NCBI GenBank assembly: GCA_002633005.1
Contig: NMRA01000243.1
Location: 10,871 to 74,870 of the forward strand
Source: Phoronis australis
Lineage: Eukaryota > Animalia > Phoronida
Direction of reading: 5' to 3'
Length of the DNA stretch: 64,000 nt
Shown here in pieces: positions 1 to 14,470 of the stretch. The stretch's first letter is position 1; each line of letters begins with the position of its first letter. A program made the position numbers and the translations under genes. The notes under the pieces were generated by a model. That model worked only from the letters and a program-made list of their open reading frames with translations. It was not told where the DNA came from and ran no database searches.

Positions 1-553
1 GAACAATTGTTTGAGTATTGGCAATAAAAAATAAACAACCTTTCGTTCATGCTCGTGTAATTAGTTCTAGAGAAAAGCTAGGAATATACACATCAAATTG
101 TATGCCCCAAGAAGATTTCATATTATTTTTCTAATCTCGTTTAAAGACACTTCCCTCATTGGTTGCGCTCAATTGACTGCGCCATTTCTGTTGGGTCACT
201 TGGCAACAGCATCTGAGTGACTATCGATGACGACTTCCAGCTTACAAACCCACCAGCCTTAAAGGCTTGAACTAGCTAGGACAATAAAGTGAAGCTAATA
301 TTCTACACTGTTCGCAGGGGCATCTGTTAGCTTACCGTATAACTCACAAAATGTACAAACTTCCGTAACACAACTATCTCAATACAACCATTGAGAAGAA
401 GGCTATTACAAATAACTATTTTAATAGTTTTTAAGGATTAAAAGGTTAGTATACACTTCATTTCATTTAAATTAAACTTGTGGATTATTCTGTAACAAAA
501 GAACGCCAGACCCATGTTCCAAATACATTGTGTCTAAAGCAACGTATTAATGT

Positions 554-777
554 CTAGACTTTCCGGAAAGAAATGAATACGCCAACATTTGTGAAGCCGA
601 AGTCTGCGGGCGCCGCAGCCACGTCGTCTTCAAATCTGTTGTAAAATTCGTCAACTATTTGTTGGCATTCGGCTGCGGTGCGATGGGTTGATAGCCCGCC
701 CATAAACAGCCAATTGGTGAAATATCGGATGCTCTTCGTGAATGTGTGCGCATGGCTGCGCATAGCCTGAGGGTCTC
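554..777 (-). CDS. SABATH-type SAM-dependent methyltransferase, exon 9 (last)
   Basis: AG acceptor at 779-778; phase 1; GDPQAMRSHAHTFTKSIRYFTNWLFMGGLS...IVDEFYNRFEDDVAAAP...FRKV*; matches the C-terminus of the family. Confidence 0.85.
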
Positions 778-1326
778 CTGGAAATAGCAAAAACGATTGT
801 TTAATCAGGGTAGGCAGTCTTACTCCGAATTGCAAAAACATTTTTACACGTGATTTTTTATTTTTCACCGACCATGCACTTGAGACATGAACTAAAGAGT
901 TTTCAAAGGAGTGTGATTTATGAGAAAAAGCTAAGTGTTCATGGGAAAATAGATAAAAAAGTTATCGCAAACATGCGTGTACGTGAACTTGTAGCTGTTA
1001 CCAACTCATGAAATATAGCCTAGTTCTCCTGTTTCTGTCGCAGGGCGATTGCTAATTGTATTTTGACGTTCACTTACACGTTTGCCAACTACCAAAAACT
1101 GTCTCTCTTGTGTTAACTTCCTGAAGATTTGTGGCTGTGCAACCATGGGAACATTCCTCACAAGGATCAGACAGATATTCGAACCCGGTGAAAAGTTAAA
1201 ATTATTGTTCGATTGAAGCGAATTGAGTTGTGTTTGCGTTGGCCACTCCAGCAGATTGTCCCCTGCACTGCCGGCGTGGTGCAGGCTGACCGCCACCTGG
1301 TGACTAAATTAAACAGCAAGACACAC

Positions 1327-1501
1327 CTTGTCGCCCATATGTGACCCAGCTCTGATGATGAGGACACGGCAAATGGTAAATCTCTGCAGAGCACAGTCTA
1401 AGACCGGCTCTGTACACGGCCGACGAGGTGTCCTCAAACGGGGCAGTGTATTCTTCCAGAGTTCGCAGGTAGTGCAGAGAATTGGTATTGGCGAACTCAT
1501 C
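1327..1501 (-). CDS. SABATH-type methyltransferase, exon 8
   Basis: AG/GT boundaries; phase 0->1; DEFANTNSLHYLRTLEEYTAPFED... (Y-x-R-T-x-E-E motif). Confidence 0.88.
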
Positions 1502-2149
1502 CTGAAAATGGTAACAAATATGTGGCTTTCGAATAATGTAAAAGGGTATTTTTGTTCTCAATCTATTGAAAATTATATTGTAGGACTCTCTACATAGAGT
1601 AAGGCAGATAAACGCCTGCGATAGTGAAAATATACAAAGATAAATTCCTAACATACCACCAGGGCACATATTGAGAAAAATGCGTATGGTTAAATCTTTT
1701 CAAATATACCATTACAAAATTTCATTCGGTAAGCGGTTCCCGTTATGGTACAGCGTTGAGATCAGTGTCCCTGGAATTAGCGATCATAATGGGTCACAGT
1801 GCTCAAGCGCTTAATCCGCGCAGCAACGATATCCGGGTGTACCCGGTATATTCATCTTGACTTTTGGTCCCACACTGGGCAATAGTCACATTTTGAGAAT
1901 CATTTTGATTCCTGCTATTCATTGCGGGACCCCACGCTGGAAGTGACTTATATTGCCATTTACTTTTCAAAGTATTTTATTACTCGAATGTTTCACATGG
2001 CGCACACGCCTAAATTTCACTTATAGGCGCAAGTGGTTATTACATACACAGGTGCATGCCATTTGCTGTATGCTATTCATATATTTTGCCCATTTTAAAT
2101 ATTTTTAAGTTGAACCCATCAACATCTAAGAAATGTTTTACACACTTAA

Positions 2150-3499
2150 GGTTACCTCAAACCTTATTTAGTGGCTTCCATGCTAACTCGAATACACAAA
2201 AACCAGGCTTTTTCAACTAGTAAAAGTAAATATTTTCTGAAAGAAAAAAGATCAAGAATTATAACAATATATTTTATTATTATATTGACACCTTTTTAAG
2301 TCAAAATTTCATTTTAGGAAAGGAACATTCATAGCAAAATAATCTCTCGTTCGATTTTAATGAAACCTTTTTAAATGAAAACTTCACTAGTTACCTCCAA
2401 AACTTTGTTAGGAATGTTCGGTTAGTCTCTTAGTTTGGTTTCTATGACAAAACAACTCGCAAAACGTAAGGTATTTTTTGTAGAAAATAGCAGCCGTATT
2501 CGTCTTTATTACCTTACGCAAACACTAGGTCTTTATATAGAAGATACTAACAGCGTTATTGAGACTGATGAATAAATATTTAGTTTGGAATGTTTCAGCG
2601 AAATCCACGTAGCTGTTTTTGAGAACTCGTGATCCTAAATCAAAATTAAGTCGATTTGCCAAAGCCGTGAAAAAGCCGATTAAGTAGTGAGCGGTTAAAG
2701 TCTCAAGGTCTTCAGTTAATTATTCGGTGACAACTTGTTATCAGTCAATATAACCTATACATGCCTTAACCATGTTCGCTACATCAACATTCACATGAAG
2801 TGTCAACTGAATTTGCGCTTATGATTATCTTACTTATCGTTAAAACGTTAATTCTTTTTACCGTCTCCAGCCGAGAGGTGGATCAACTGTTGACCTACTT
2901 AAAATTAAGTCAACAGTTCATCGTTATATACACGCTGCGCCGGGAGACTGATACGGAACCAAGTAAGAAATGGATAACAGAAATCGAGATCGAAACAGCA
3001 AAATGTCAAATTACCTATCGAATTAAGGAATTTGGGTGAGGATTTATCTCTTTTCACATCTTGCTGTGTTCGTGTTCACTAATTCACAAAGACGTGAAGC
3101 GACTTGGAGCATCCGTTCTCAACTGTCGTAAGCATGCAGACGCACAACTCCCTCAGGATCAAAACTACTTTACCCGCCATTGTTCTATCATTTGGTCACC
3201 TCGTTGACTCAATATTATGGCGACTCGGTGAATGAAAGGACTGAGGGTACATACGAAGCTGCTCTGTACCTGGCGGGAAATTCTATTTGAGTGACAGCCT
3301 TTGACTTCGGATAAGTAGTAAACAAATTTCCAATCAGTTGTGCGGTTCCAATGTGGTTCTGCCAAATCTGTTTTTCTTGATAAACGGTATATATTTCGTA
3401 TTTGAAGGTCCCCGAGAATGAAGATAAGTTTTTTTTTGCTAGATATATGTGAAATATTGTAAAAATGGACAATTTTTGTAAATAAGGTTTGAGATATCC
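2150..3499. mobile_element. Non-autonomous Kolobok-like DNA transposon
   Basis: TTAA|GGTTACCTCAAACCTTATTTA ... TAAATAAGGTTTGAGATATCC|TTAA: imperfect TIR, TTAA TSD, RR..YY termini. Confidence 0.75.
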
Positions 3500-3598
3500 T
3501 TAATATTTTAGAAAGTTGCTCCTTGCTTTTATTCAAGCGTTTCCCATTCTGATAATAACGTTGGGCTTAGAAATTGATTCTAAGTTGCATTTCTTTAC

Positions 3599-3732
3599 CT
3601 GGCTAATGATACCATCGCTTGCCATCCGTCTCCACAGTGTATCTAAATGGCGAAAGAAATTGATTCGATGCGGAGTGCCACTGTAGTGTCCATCAGAGTC
3701 TGTGGCTAGTGCCTCCAGAACAAAGCGTCCTC
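3599..3732 (-). CDS. SABATH-type methyltransferase, exon 7
   Basis: AG/GT; phase 1->0; GGRFVLEALATDSDGHYSG...LDTLWRRMASDGIISQ. Confidence 0.88.
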
Positions 3733-4182
3733 CTACAATTGCGGGAAAATAAGGTCTTAGTCAGAGATTCGTAACACCAACATCGTCAGTGCGATTTCGA
3801 AAATTGAATACAAACGAGTAGAAACTGGTTAAAGCGTTGTAAACTCCAATGGAACATCGCGTCGAGGCGTCGTGATTTGAGCAATTTTTGTGACCAAAAT
3901 GACCGTTTTCCCATCTCAGACGTTCTGGGAACACGTTTGGTGTTATGCAACACCGTCCACGCTCTGCCGGTTTCCGCCACTCGCTTTTTTGCCGTTTTGT
4001 TGAGAACTACCATTGTGACGTGACAGGATCCACCTCTTTCGGCTACTTCGTAGTTGAAATTTGAGCGACACGCGAGTGCATTGGAAAAACAGCACACACA
4101 CTTTTCATTTCAGAGCCAAATCCAAGACCACTGGGAGTACAATAAATTATTTTGAATTTTATTTTTTAAAAGCTCAGAATAC

Positions 4183-4313
4183 CTGGTTTCATTTCACTTG
4201 CTCTTTTAAGAAGCAGATTTTCCCAATCCTTGGCTGCTTGTGCCTTGAAAAGTTCCTCCTCCTCTGGTATGGTAATCAGTTTGGAGTGAATCGCCCCAGT
4301 AATCTTACAAGGC
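4183..4313 (-). CDS. SABATH-type methyltransferase, exon 6
   Basis: AG/GT; phase 2->1; PCKITGAIH...FKAQAAKDWENLLLKRASEMKP (Q-xxx-D...R-xx-E-xx-PGG motif). Confidence 0.9.
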
Positions 4314-4594
4314 CTTCGAAAATAGCAAACAGAATTAAAAATGGGACCGAGTGAGTGACAGCAATCTGACGAGATTAATGTGCGTTCCTGCTAATAGTAA
4401 TCAGAAATCAGTTCACGAATCCCTGCGAAAAAAACAAAGCATCCACTGTGCGTGCGCCGCACAGAAATCTGAAAAACGAGCAAAGATCCATGAGTTTAGG
4501 AACAGCAGCGTGTTCCCAACTGAACCTGCTGAACAAATCTCGACAAACTATCAACAGGAATCGTAATGCCAACTTAGAACAATCTCAATATAAA

Positions 4595-5346
4595 CCTAAG
4601 GCTCTTAGACGTCCCTGCCCGTGTGCGGCTCGGGCCCGCCCGCGAACAAAAGTCTTCCTCGCGAACGCATATTCCCCCTTTTCGACCACTTTTCGCGTCT
4701 CGCGGACATATATCTTTGCTCGCGCACAGACCAACTCTGCTCCCAGACATTATTTCATGCTCCACGCGTCGATCGAGCTGTTGGTCTATTTTCGTGTTAA
4801 CCTCTCATGGTTGCTGTTTCATGTGATTTCAATATCGTAAAATCAAATAAATTTCTCTCACTACATACTCTGAATGTTTTCCAGTTTATCAAATGTCATG
4901 GCAAATATTATCGATACTTTACCAATATTGTTGAGTACAAAGCGTTTTCAATGTCATTTTCACAGTTTTCTTTTCTACACAACTGTCAACACGTGAACAT
5001 CCAATTTGTTTTGCTTGAATTTTAAAACTTCAAGGCAGTAGCTGTGAAGTAATTCTGAAATGAATAATCGAAAATTGGCGGGTGTGCACTTATAAGTAGA
5101 CGTTTAGTTGATTTGTGGCTTTAGACTTTGTGCCAGCTTGTGCAAAATTGCCCGAGAGAGGGCGTGCGAGGGTATACCATTCCTTTTGCGGACAAGGAAT
5201 AATGTGCGGGAGCAGGGTTGGTCAGTGCGCCAGCAAAAAATGGTCCGGGAACCTGCGTCCGCGAGTGGGGACAAGACTGCGCGAGAATGGAATTTTACGC
5301 GCGTTTGCACAAGCCGCACGTGGGCAGGCAAGTCCAAGTGTCTTGG
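4595..5346. mobile_element. MITE-like element with long degenerate terminal inverted repeats
   Basis: 4595-4770 is a diverged reverse complement of 5185-5346. Confidence 0.65.
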
Positions 5347-5560
5347 AATAGAGATTTGCATAATCCAAATCCTCAGGCGAGTGTCCACTAATAAAATAAC
5401 ATTTAACTGAAACAGTATATTCTACAAAACTACGGCGTCTAAAATTGAAACGCCGCGCCTAATACTCTCTTGATCGGCTTTCCACCTCAGCCTGGTTTCC
5501 ATGTCTCCCGTGGCTACCAAGTCGATGCAGTCTCTCTCTCACAAGCAGATTGGTACTCAC

Positions 5561-5708
5561 AACTCGTTCAAGTAGTGCATTGATAATGTTGAGAATCCCA
5601 GGTTGACAGTATTTGGAGGGACGCACTTGCTGAAAAAACCCGTGGGACTGATAAGGACGTACAGGTTTTCCACGTCACCAAAGCCCGGATCACCTCCTGG
5701 AAGCAGCC
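5561..5708 (-). CDS. SABATH-type methyltransferase, exon 5
   Basis: AG/GT; phase 1->2; ...SPTGFFSKCVPPNTVNLGFSTLSMHYLNE, equivalent to GSFY..LFP..S.H...S...LHWLS. Confidence 0.9.
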
Positions 5709-6906
5709 CTAGAGAGAGGCGGAATCAAAAACTCATTATTATTTTGCGTTGAGCTCAACTACTCTTCGTTTTTGCCTTTTCAAAAACTCTTAACTCTTAT
5801 ATAGCAAGGTTAAGCCCTCGAGCGCGTTCCGTGGACCCACGACACCCACGAGTGAAGCTTGTGGGATCATGTGCTTTGCTAATAATGCATAGCGATGTCT
5901 CGTGAAGGTTTGCGTTATCTCGCTTTTCTCGTAAGAATCTTGATCTACACAGATCACACATACACGCCCGTCGTTGACCAGGCGATGACGAGACGGCGCC
6001 CTCTTTGGTGACAGTGCAAGCTCACACTCTCCAGGCTCAACGGTAGCACAGGTGGCGCTAGTCGTGGTTGGCAAGCCTACGGAGGTACTCATGTTTGAGA
6101 ATCTGCTATATCTCAGTAATCGACATCAGCCTTGTGAAACTTGATACCAGACAAGAATTTTTGAGAAAATGACCTTCACGGTGTTTTTAGGGATGAAAAG
6201 TTAATACAGTTGGGTCTTCAATTTTAAAAACAGGTGAATTATTATCGTACTGGAGTATGTTAGCAAAATGACGAAACTGAAGTGATCGTTCGGGGAGATC
6301 GGAATGTTGAATTATATGGGAAAGAATTCACTGGTTCCGTTTCGTCGAAAATTTCTTGCTACAAGAAATTCCTGAGCGTCTTGGGTCTGGATTTTAAGCA
6401 TAACAGGTTTATGTTAGAAGTCTCCTGATGAGGTTGGATTTAAAGCACATCAACCGCGGGCCCACCAACAACCATCGTTTTATAACAAACAAGTGAAGCT
6501 TGGCTAACATGCTAGTGGTCAAGTCTGTGTCGCTCAAGTGTTTCGCTAATAATGTGCTTAATTCAAAATATAGGTCCAGTGTTACATATAGGCGCATGTT
6601 CCAACATAAACGCATACATGGTAACACGGCGATACATCGACATGTTTATAGAATCTTTAAAATATTACTTCACGCGAGGGCCTCTATAAGCTTGCTCAAT
6701 GGAAATCAAGGACTTGGTTCCCTAAGTTGCTACTAACTTTAAGGAAGCACCGACAAACTTCAGGTATTGGCAAAAACGCAGGATATAAAAAATCTAATTT
6801 TCAAAAGGCAACGCCTTACATCTTCAAAGCTCTGGCCTTCAAGCACACTTAAGTAATTCCCTCCATTTCCAGCTAGTCCACTAATTCCTTTGTGCAGGAC
6901 TACATG

Positions 6907-7483
6907 CTCGCTGGTTCCCTGCGTGCCGCGAGATGGTAGCCAGTACGCAGGCAGTAGCACTCGCTTTATCATTGGTTGGTGTAACCTCGACAGTCATTGG
7001 TTAGCTTTACAACAAAGTGAGAAAATGGCGGACTATGAACTATTTTAGCCTTGTCATGTAGCATAGCAGCAACTATTTCGTTTCTGCAGTAATGTTTAAT
7101 AGCCGCGTACTTGAAGCACATAAATGTACAATAAATACGCCGTCATCTGGCCGATTTAACCGGTGTGTTATTCATAGTGTATGCATACAGGACAGCAACG
7201 CAAACAAAAGTCAGCGACAGTAGAAAGATGCACTCTGAAAAGGTGCAACCACAATTTTCTAGGATTCACATTTCTTGACCATGAATTTTAAGCACAGACT
7301 TTGTCTGTACAACAGACCACATTTTTACACTTCCTCCATCGGTCATGCCAGTTTGCGTAAAGCGCTGCCTGTTGAGAATTCGACCAGCCAATCAGATACA
7401 CCGGTGTATAAAAATTTCTCGAGGAAAATTAAGTGACACCTGCGTGCTGGCTACCATCTAGCGGCACGCAGGGAACCAGCGAG
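6907..7483. mobile_element. MITE with ~45-bp TIRs
   Basis: CTCGCTGGTTCCCTGCGTGCCGC... / ...GCGGCACGCAGGGAACCAGCGAG; flanks gactacatg / gacttcacg could be a degenerate 9-bp TSD. Confidence 0.75.
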
Positions 7484-9004
7484 GACTTCACGTCGCTTTC
7501 CAAGCCTGCTCATTGGACTATTGTTATCACGTCCCTTTAACTTAGCCAGCTCTTGGCTGACGATTGTCACGTGTTATGTGGTATTCTCTTTCTTTGTAAT
7601 CTCGTGTTTCAAGTCAACTTCTTTGTTACGGCCACACTGATGTGAGTTCTAAAACTTAATACATTTTCCCCACGCAATACCATTCCCCATTTCGTCATTT
7701 TCTCGTACCTCCACGTGGCCGGCGCTTTTTTGCCCACCTTACCAGAGATTAGAATTTTTCATTTTCCTTATTTTGTGTTCACTGTCAACTTGTAATTTTG
7801 ACCTTAAATCACCTACCTCGTCTCCTTTTCATCTCTTGTAACGAGCTTGTGACGTACGTATCATTTATATATTATTCGGGACATACGTCGATCATAAACA
7901 GGTTTCTCGCCACCACACTAGCCGCTCTCGTTTTGAAATCAAAACAATTGCACAGACATACAAAAAAGCCTTGATCTAACGGGTCGTGTTCGATGGATGT
8001 GAAAGACTACTTAAAAGAATAAACTCTGGCCAAAATCCGTCTCCAATACTCGCCGTTGTAGGGCAGCCATTCGCTCAAATCAAGGCGGGTGCCAGGTATT
8101 AAATATACTTAAAATACATCGAATGGAGTTTTTACTCTGCTACCAAACTGTTGAACTGAGACTGCTGAGGTTCACAGTCTCATTCCGCGTTCTAAATTTC
8201 AAACAATTTTCTTCAAACGTATCTTTTGAAATGAAACTATCGCACAAGTCAAAGGGAACAAGAATCCTTACAAATGAGTTACACTAAAAATGACGTTTCT
8301 GCAAAAGAACCAAAATAGCAGTAATGCAAATTTTTATTCAGTGAAAATTCAGAATGCAATTTAATCTAACTAATAATACCCTATTAACACAAACGTAGCG
8401 GTAGAGAATTCTTATGAATAGTTCCGACAAACGAAGTAAGACCACCTTTACTACAGTTAAGTTTGCGAAGTCCAACAAACGCAAAACAACTATTGCGTAA
8501 GTTTTCCTGAAAGCGTGCGACAACAATTACAGTAAATAAGCAGATGTCTGTGTTCCCTGTGATATCTCACTGAAATGGCCTTGGCCGTTACAAGCAGGAG
8601 TGTACCAACGATCCCAAGTCAGGAACAAGTGGCCGCATATGGGTACAGTGAAGACTAAGAAATGATTGCAATCTGCAATCGGCCCTGATGCCAGAATTTT
8701 CAGCTGGATGTTAGACACCTTTCTGTAACTGGGAAATTCTCCTCAGGGTTGAGCGATTGATTTCACGTGTTGCAATGTGGACCCATCAACGACATCTGTT
8801 GAGAAATTTACCATGTTTTCTTCATAATTATTTCGTGATTACCTGCATTGAGAAGTCACTTTGAATTTTGGGAAGTTAATATATACCTACTTATTTTATT
8901 TATTTATGTATTTTAATACTTAAAATGAGGGTGGACTCGTCAGTGATAGCACTGCTTTCCAAGAAAGCGCTCAAAATATGAGTTACGGAGAAACACATAC
9001 ATAC

Positions 9005-9103
9005 CGTGAACCCTTCGAATTAGCGACTTGAAGTCGTTGAACGGCAAGTCCTCGTAAATCAGTTGGATCGGTATGCTTTCGCTGTGCTTTCTTCTTATCC
9101 ACC
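9005..9103 (-). CDS. SABATH-type methyltransferase, exon 4
   Basis: AG/GT; phase 1->1; WIRRKHSESIPIQLIYEDLPFNDFKSLIRRVH (DLPxNDF motif). Confidence 0.92.
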
Positions 9104-11818
9104 CTGTACAAAATGGAAATATTAGTAGAACACATGAGCTTTGCAGTTGTACCCACTGACAGTCTTGGAGTCAGAGATCCAAGACCAACTGAAGCTTTGC
9201 GGTGCTCTAAGCCATAAGACGGTCGGTGAAAATGAGTAATGTACGATAACAGGACGATTAAACTCGAACAAAATTTGGACTTGGAACTAAACATGCGCAC
9301 GTGCTAAACCGTCTAAGACCGCCTTTCATACCCAAACAGACTTTTTATTTAGACCACTTTCCGTTAGGAAGTTGTCCTAAAATCGGATTTGAGGGTTTGA
9401 ATAGAACTGACAAGTCGCTGTTGCTTAAAGATGCTATGTCTCATTAAATGTTTAATGTGCCAATGAAGTACTGGTTTAAAAACAACCCCTGGTCTTCCGG
9501 TAAGCCGGTAACCATCCGAGAACCAGTTACCATTACAATCTCGCGAAATTCTCGTTTTGCGAGACTGTTTTTTATGTAAATGAGTATGGTGACACGTCAT
9601 AGTTACCCTAATAAAACAAGGCATAGTTTTTATATTTGTTCATTTCACTGTCAAATAACGATTGCAGAATATTTGGAATTCTTGGGGTTTTCTACATGTT
9701 CACATTTGTTTTTACTTGTATCAGTCGAGGTGTTTTCTTTAAAACACATTTTATTTACAAATTGTTTTTTGCAAGATCATACTGGTACACTCAGTTCTCT
9801 AGGAAGTCACAAGATGGCGCTTGCTACAAGTTTAAATATTCACGCTTTTAATGAGACATAGCATGTTTAAGATCATGTTCTACAATTTAGTTTGTCACGG
9901 AGTGTCACTTATTGCGCCGAGTATGGTATGATTAAGCCACTGTCAGTTATTTGCAAACCAGCCTCATCTCCACGCCTCAAGATGGCGCTGATTTGCTTAG
10001 CCATTTGAGGCTAGAAATCACAACTCATGGGAGTGAAGAACATGGCGAGACTAGTTTTCTACCGGTAAGTGGTCTAGAGAAAAAGCTCGCTTTGACGGAA
10101 TAGCCGGAGTTTAAACGCTGTTAAGTTGCTCTTATTTAACGCTCGCTTCACTCTAAAATTGCTGACCACAAACCCAATTTCGCGACCAAACCCCAAGGAG
10201 GGCACACACATTGACCAAGTGCCCGCAGGCGCAAAAGGGAGTGAAGCAGAAAAAACTACCCTGCAAAAGGGGGTGGAAATTAGCAGATCTGGCACCCGCA
10301 CTCGGGTTCTCTCAGCAATTTTTGGTATATTTCTGCGCACATCTTTTTAATATGAGTGACCCTGGGTCAAAAATCCAATTAGACTCAGTACTTGGTCGCG
10401 ATAGACCGGGAAATTTTAAAGTGAAAATTACTTCACGACTGAAGATGGATAAGGTTGAGACCAAATTTATAGCGATGACTGACATAAGTCGAAAGTTCAC
10501 TTCTTCGATGGACGCGGTTCTATTCGGATGTTAAGTGATGACTTCTCTGCCACCGTATTATGACGCAGTTTGGACCCACATGAAGGAATAAAATTACAGG
10601 TCTTGTATTTTTTCCAATTCAGGTATCCAAGGGGGCAATTCAGCACTTGGAGTTTTTACTAAATTAGGTGCTTGGATTAACCCGTGTGCTCTAACAATGT
10701 TTGGACCCATTATACCCTCCCGGGGAGTCAAGAAGGATTACGATTGATCGTTTCATAGCCAGGCACGCGCAATAATTTTTGAAGTACTTTGGTCATTTAC
10801 AGCGCTACGTAAATTTGGCCAAATTATTATGCATGCTTTTAGTTTTCGTATTTTAATTCTATATGGCCGAGTCCAAAACGTCAAAAAGGTGTGATACTTA
10901 AAAAAAGCTTTAATTTTAATATTAAGAAAAAAAGATAATTAAACTGTCAAGTTGGACTTATGTGTCTCAACATCCAGCTGGTATTACAAGATAACCTGCC
11001 ATCGAACTGAAGTGGTCAAATTGTATAAGTGCTGACCCCTGTTGACTTTCCGTACTGTCCGAATTTTTACTCATGGACTTTCTGACTGTCAAGTTCTTAA
11101 CACCAACAAATTAAATGTTCACTTTTAGTGAAGAAAACGTCGGGACTGATTGTATAAGGTTTAGTGGTCTAATCATTTTTCGGACGAATAAAAAATAAAA
11201 ATACAGTGTTCCCACGGACAAAAAGAAACATGAGCCACCACGCCTCTGTCAAAAAGCAAGTTTTGATTTTGACCATTTAATAATTGCTATAAAATCGGCT
11301 TCATCTTGCTATCGGCAAGCGGCGAAAACAGTAACTTGTCACAATTAAGGGATTTAGACGCCCCCGTCGTTTATTGAAAGTCTCCAACTGCGACCTAATG
11401 CTATGAGTGCCTGTCATGTTGATGTCGCAAAACATGTTTAATTGTACTATGAAAAAGATCCAGTGTTACATTTCCGACAAAGGGGGCCATTTCCAGACGT
11501 TTATAAATAAGAGCCTTGAGGAAGAAGGCCCACCGGACACTGCTCAAATCATTTTCATGTGCCTAGTCCGCGGTAAGAGTAGACATTTTCTGGTCTCATT
11601 TTGTATGGAAATCAGAATATTTAGAACAGTATTGAGTTCACAAAAATATAAGACGGTATCTACTTTTGTAATCACCAATAGTCTCGCCCGCAACAGCCGA
11701 GTTTTTTGCCTAAGTGAGCAGACAAAAGAGATTGGCTCTTTTCTTTGGTAAACTAAACACTTCATATCGGGTGGTAACTTGCAAGACCCAGTCTTTCTGA
11801 TGTTGGTAAAATTCAAAC

Positions 11819-11914
11819 CTATTATTTCCCTGATGTTATCCATTGAAGTTAATCCGTCCGCTGCAGCGTAGTCGCATATTGTAAACGTAGTCTTGCCGTC
11901 GATGGTCATTTCCT
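11819..11914 (-). CDS. SABATH-type methyltransferase, exon 3 (SAM-binding motif I)
   Basis: AG/GT; phase 1->1; EMTIDGKTTFTICDYAAADGLTSMDNIREII. Confidence 0.9.
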
Positions 11915-13142
11915 CTGAAAAATATTTAGGTAATTTTTAAAGCTATTTCGCTCAAAAACAATTGCCAAAGTGTTCAACAACGTGCTTATTTTCAAAGGCT
12001 GAAACCTCATCCAGTGATAACCAGACTTTAACCAGCGACGCGTTCCATAAATGCAAGACATTCGCGATGCACTTGATGCGACGAGAAATCTTCGCTTATG
12101 GAAAAGAATCAGTAAACTATATATATAATTCAATGTTCCAACTTAGTGACCTATCACTTCAGTGGCCGCAATTTTGTTAGTGAGTTTTCGTTAGTTTTGT
12201 GTGTCTCTGGAACGGAACCCCAGTCAACACCTTATTGCAGTACTTAGCGCGCGAAGTTGAACTCGATTTCTTTTAAATTTTCCATTCGCCATTCTGGTAA
12301 CCCAACGTACGGGTTTGTTATTCTGCGCTAAAATGCATTGTAGTTTAGGTGGACGATGTGTCGACTCAACATTCGTGCCAACTGACTGATATTGGAGTAC
12401 ACGACATCACTGATCAGACCACGATGTCTTATTGGTCGAAAAAAATGGGGCGGTACTTCTCCATTCGTTGCCATTCACTAAGTGTTGCAGGCATCTAAAA
12501 GTGCCATAGGTTGCTCTTTAGCTTATAAAAAGCTTGCTTAGACTCTGCCAGGCGTTTAGGGGCTTTAACGTCAGTACCACACTTATGCTCAATATACCAA
12601 GACTCAGGTTTTTAACCTTTTGGTTTGATCACGTTGGAAAAATTCTTCAGCGAAATCAAGGATAATTTTCCAACGTGATCAAACCAGAAGGTTCAAAAAA
12701 CCGTCTGAGTCTCAACAGATTGGACATACATGTAAGACACGTCATTTACATTTTGACTGGCCACTGTAACCCAGCCGACACAGACACATCACTGGGCATG
12801 ATATGGAGAGATCAGTGTGCCCAGAGTGTGGTACTGACGTTGAAAGACAAAGCATTGTGAGGACATCTGGTGGATATGTAGAAGTAGCTGAAGACCTAAC
12901 GCATGCAATTACCAATAACTCATTAATATTGACTCTGAACATAGAAATTTGAAGGAAACATGTATGTTTTATTTCGCGTCTAATCGGTCAAAATGGTTGA
13001 CACCAGCCGAATGATATTAACAAATGCATGAAGACAGTATAAGCAAATATTAGAAGTGTTGGTCGTGCCTTATGCGCACGTCCGAAGATGTTGTCACTTT
13101 TGAATATACAGATAAGATAAGACTAAACATAAGTTATATTAC

Positions 13143-13272
13143 CCAATGTTTGAAGCAATTTTGGCTTCAACAGCTTAGCGATGGTGTGGCTCAAAAGGAG
13201 GTCGGTATCTTTGAATCCTTCGCCTTCCTCCACGAATGGCTTGTAACAGACCGGATCTCCGGCAAGTGGTGC
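13143..13272 (-). CDS. SABATH-type methyltransferase, exon 2
   Basis: AG/GT; open frame; phase 0->1 fits exon 3; APLAGDPVCYKPFVEEGEGFKD...KPKLLQTL. Confidence 0.75.
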
Positions 13273-13523
13273 CTTGATAAAATAGAATAGATAAATTATA
13301 TTTGGCTACGACTCAGTTAAATATCTTTTGAATCATGGGAGAAAATTTCCACAATGCATGATTTTCAGACACCTTTTGAGAAGCCATTTTGAGGCCGGCT
13401 ATTCACTGATCCACAAGGGGTATTAAAGCCGAGATGAGCCTTTTATTAAGCTTACACGATCCCACTGAGTCATTTGTACACTAAGAGCAGGATTCACCAG
13501 CAACTACCTTTACTAACCTTACA

Positions 13524-14470
13524 CACGGCTGAGAAACAACATGACCGCCGGACCCAAAAATTCCTCTAAATCCGACCGACTCACCACAAAACAGGATCTA
13601 CGGGGATCAAATATGACCGCTGGAATAGAAAATGGAACTGACGCACCTAAAAACATGACCGCCCTAGCACAAACCAGCACCGCCGAAGATTGAACATGAC
13701 CGTCTTGGATTGAAACTTGACCGCCCCTTCACTCATTTGTGATGACATGTAAACAACTGAAAGGTCAATATTCAAAATTACTAACCTAAAACCAACCGTG
13801 ATGCACACTTTTGAGGTAAAAGATGTAATTTTTATCACAGCGTTAGTTTTAGAACAAAATTAAACTTATTTTTTCCAATTTGACGTTTTAGTCGAAGGAT
13901 AACTGGTTCTCGGTAAAGGCTATCGTCATAACTAGCCTAGGCACAAAGCTGTATACTAAATATACAGTTTTGCGCCGATGTGGGTAAAAACTAAATATTT
14001 CAAATAGAATCTGACACAAAATTAATGTCATTAAAAACCACACTCTTCCCTGAGTAAACTAATTATTTACCGGTGTTGGAAAAATTGGCGTTTTACCGTT
14101 AGACTGTTAAAATTGTGGTGCGATCTTTTGCGACGGCTTCCGGCGCCATGAAATATTACATCACCTCTTGTTACTCTACAACAGAAACAGCTCAGACCAC
14201 ACCAAGTGTTAGCAAACAAAAAAGAAATTTTGCAAAGATGAGAGAAAAGAAAAATTCTAGTGAACAGCGTGTGAAATGAGTGCATCTGAACCGGGGGAAG
14301 ACTTTTTGGCTAGAGGAACTGAGTGATTGGTGGGTGTTGGGCCTGAGTATTGACCAGTTTCTGTTTTCCCCGATTCTTAAATCAAACTGTTCTTCTCTTC
14401 CACGAGGTTGCGTACAGGTCACAACAAATTATCGGAACTGGTTTCATTTCGTTACAAGTTTTTAGTTTTT
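13524..14470 (+). mobile_element. Truncated copy of the Transib-like family at 32532
   Basis: Starts CACGGCTGAGAAACAACATGACCGCC; subterminal GACCGC repeats and internal sequence shared with 32532-33410; no right end found. Confidence 0.7.

Noticed and set aside
6819-6890. Minus-strand segment GISGLAGNGGNYLSVLEGQSFED followed by GTAAGG, as a possible methyltransferase exon
   Set aside because: Exons 4 and 5 already join in phase with sensible motif spacing; weak acceptor next to a MITE
9860-11500. Probable additional transposon relics
   Set aside because: Looks repeat-derived, but I could not identify matching termini or coding motifs
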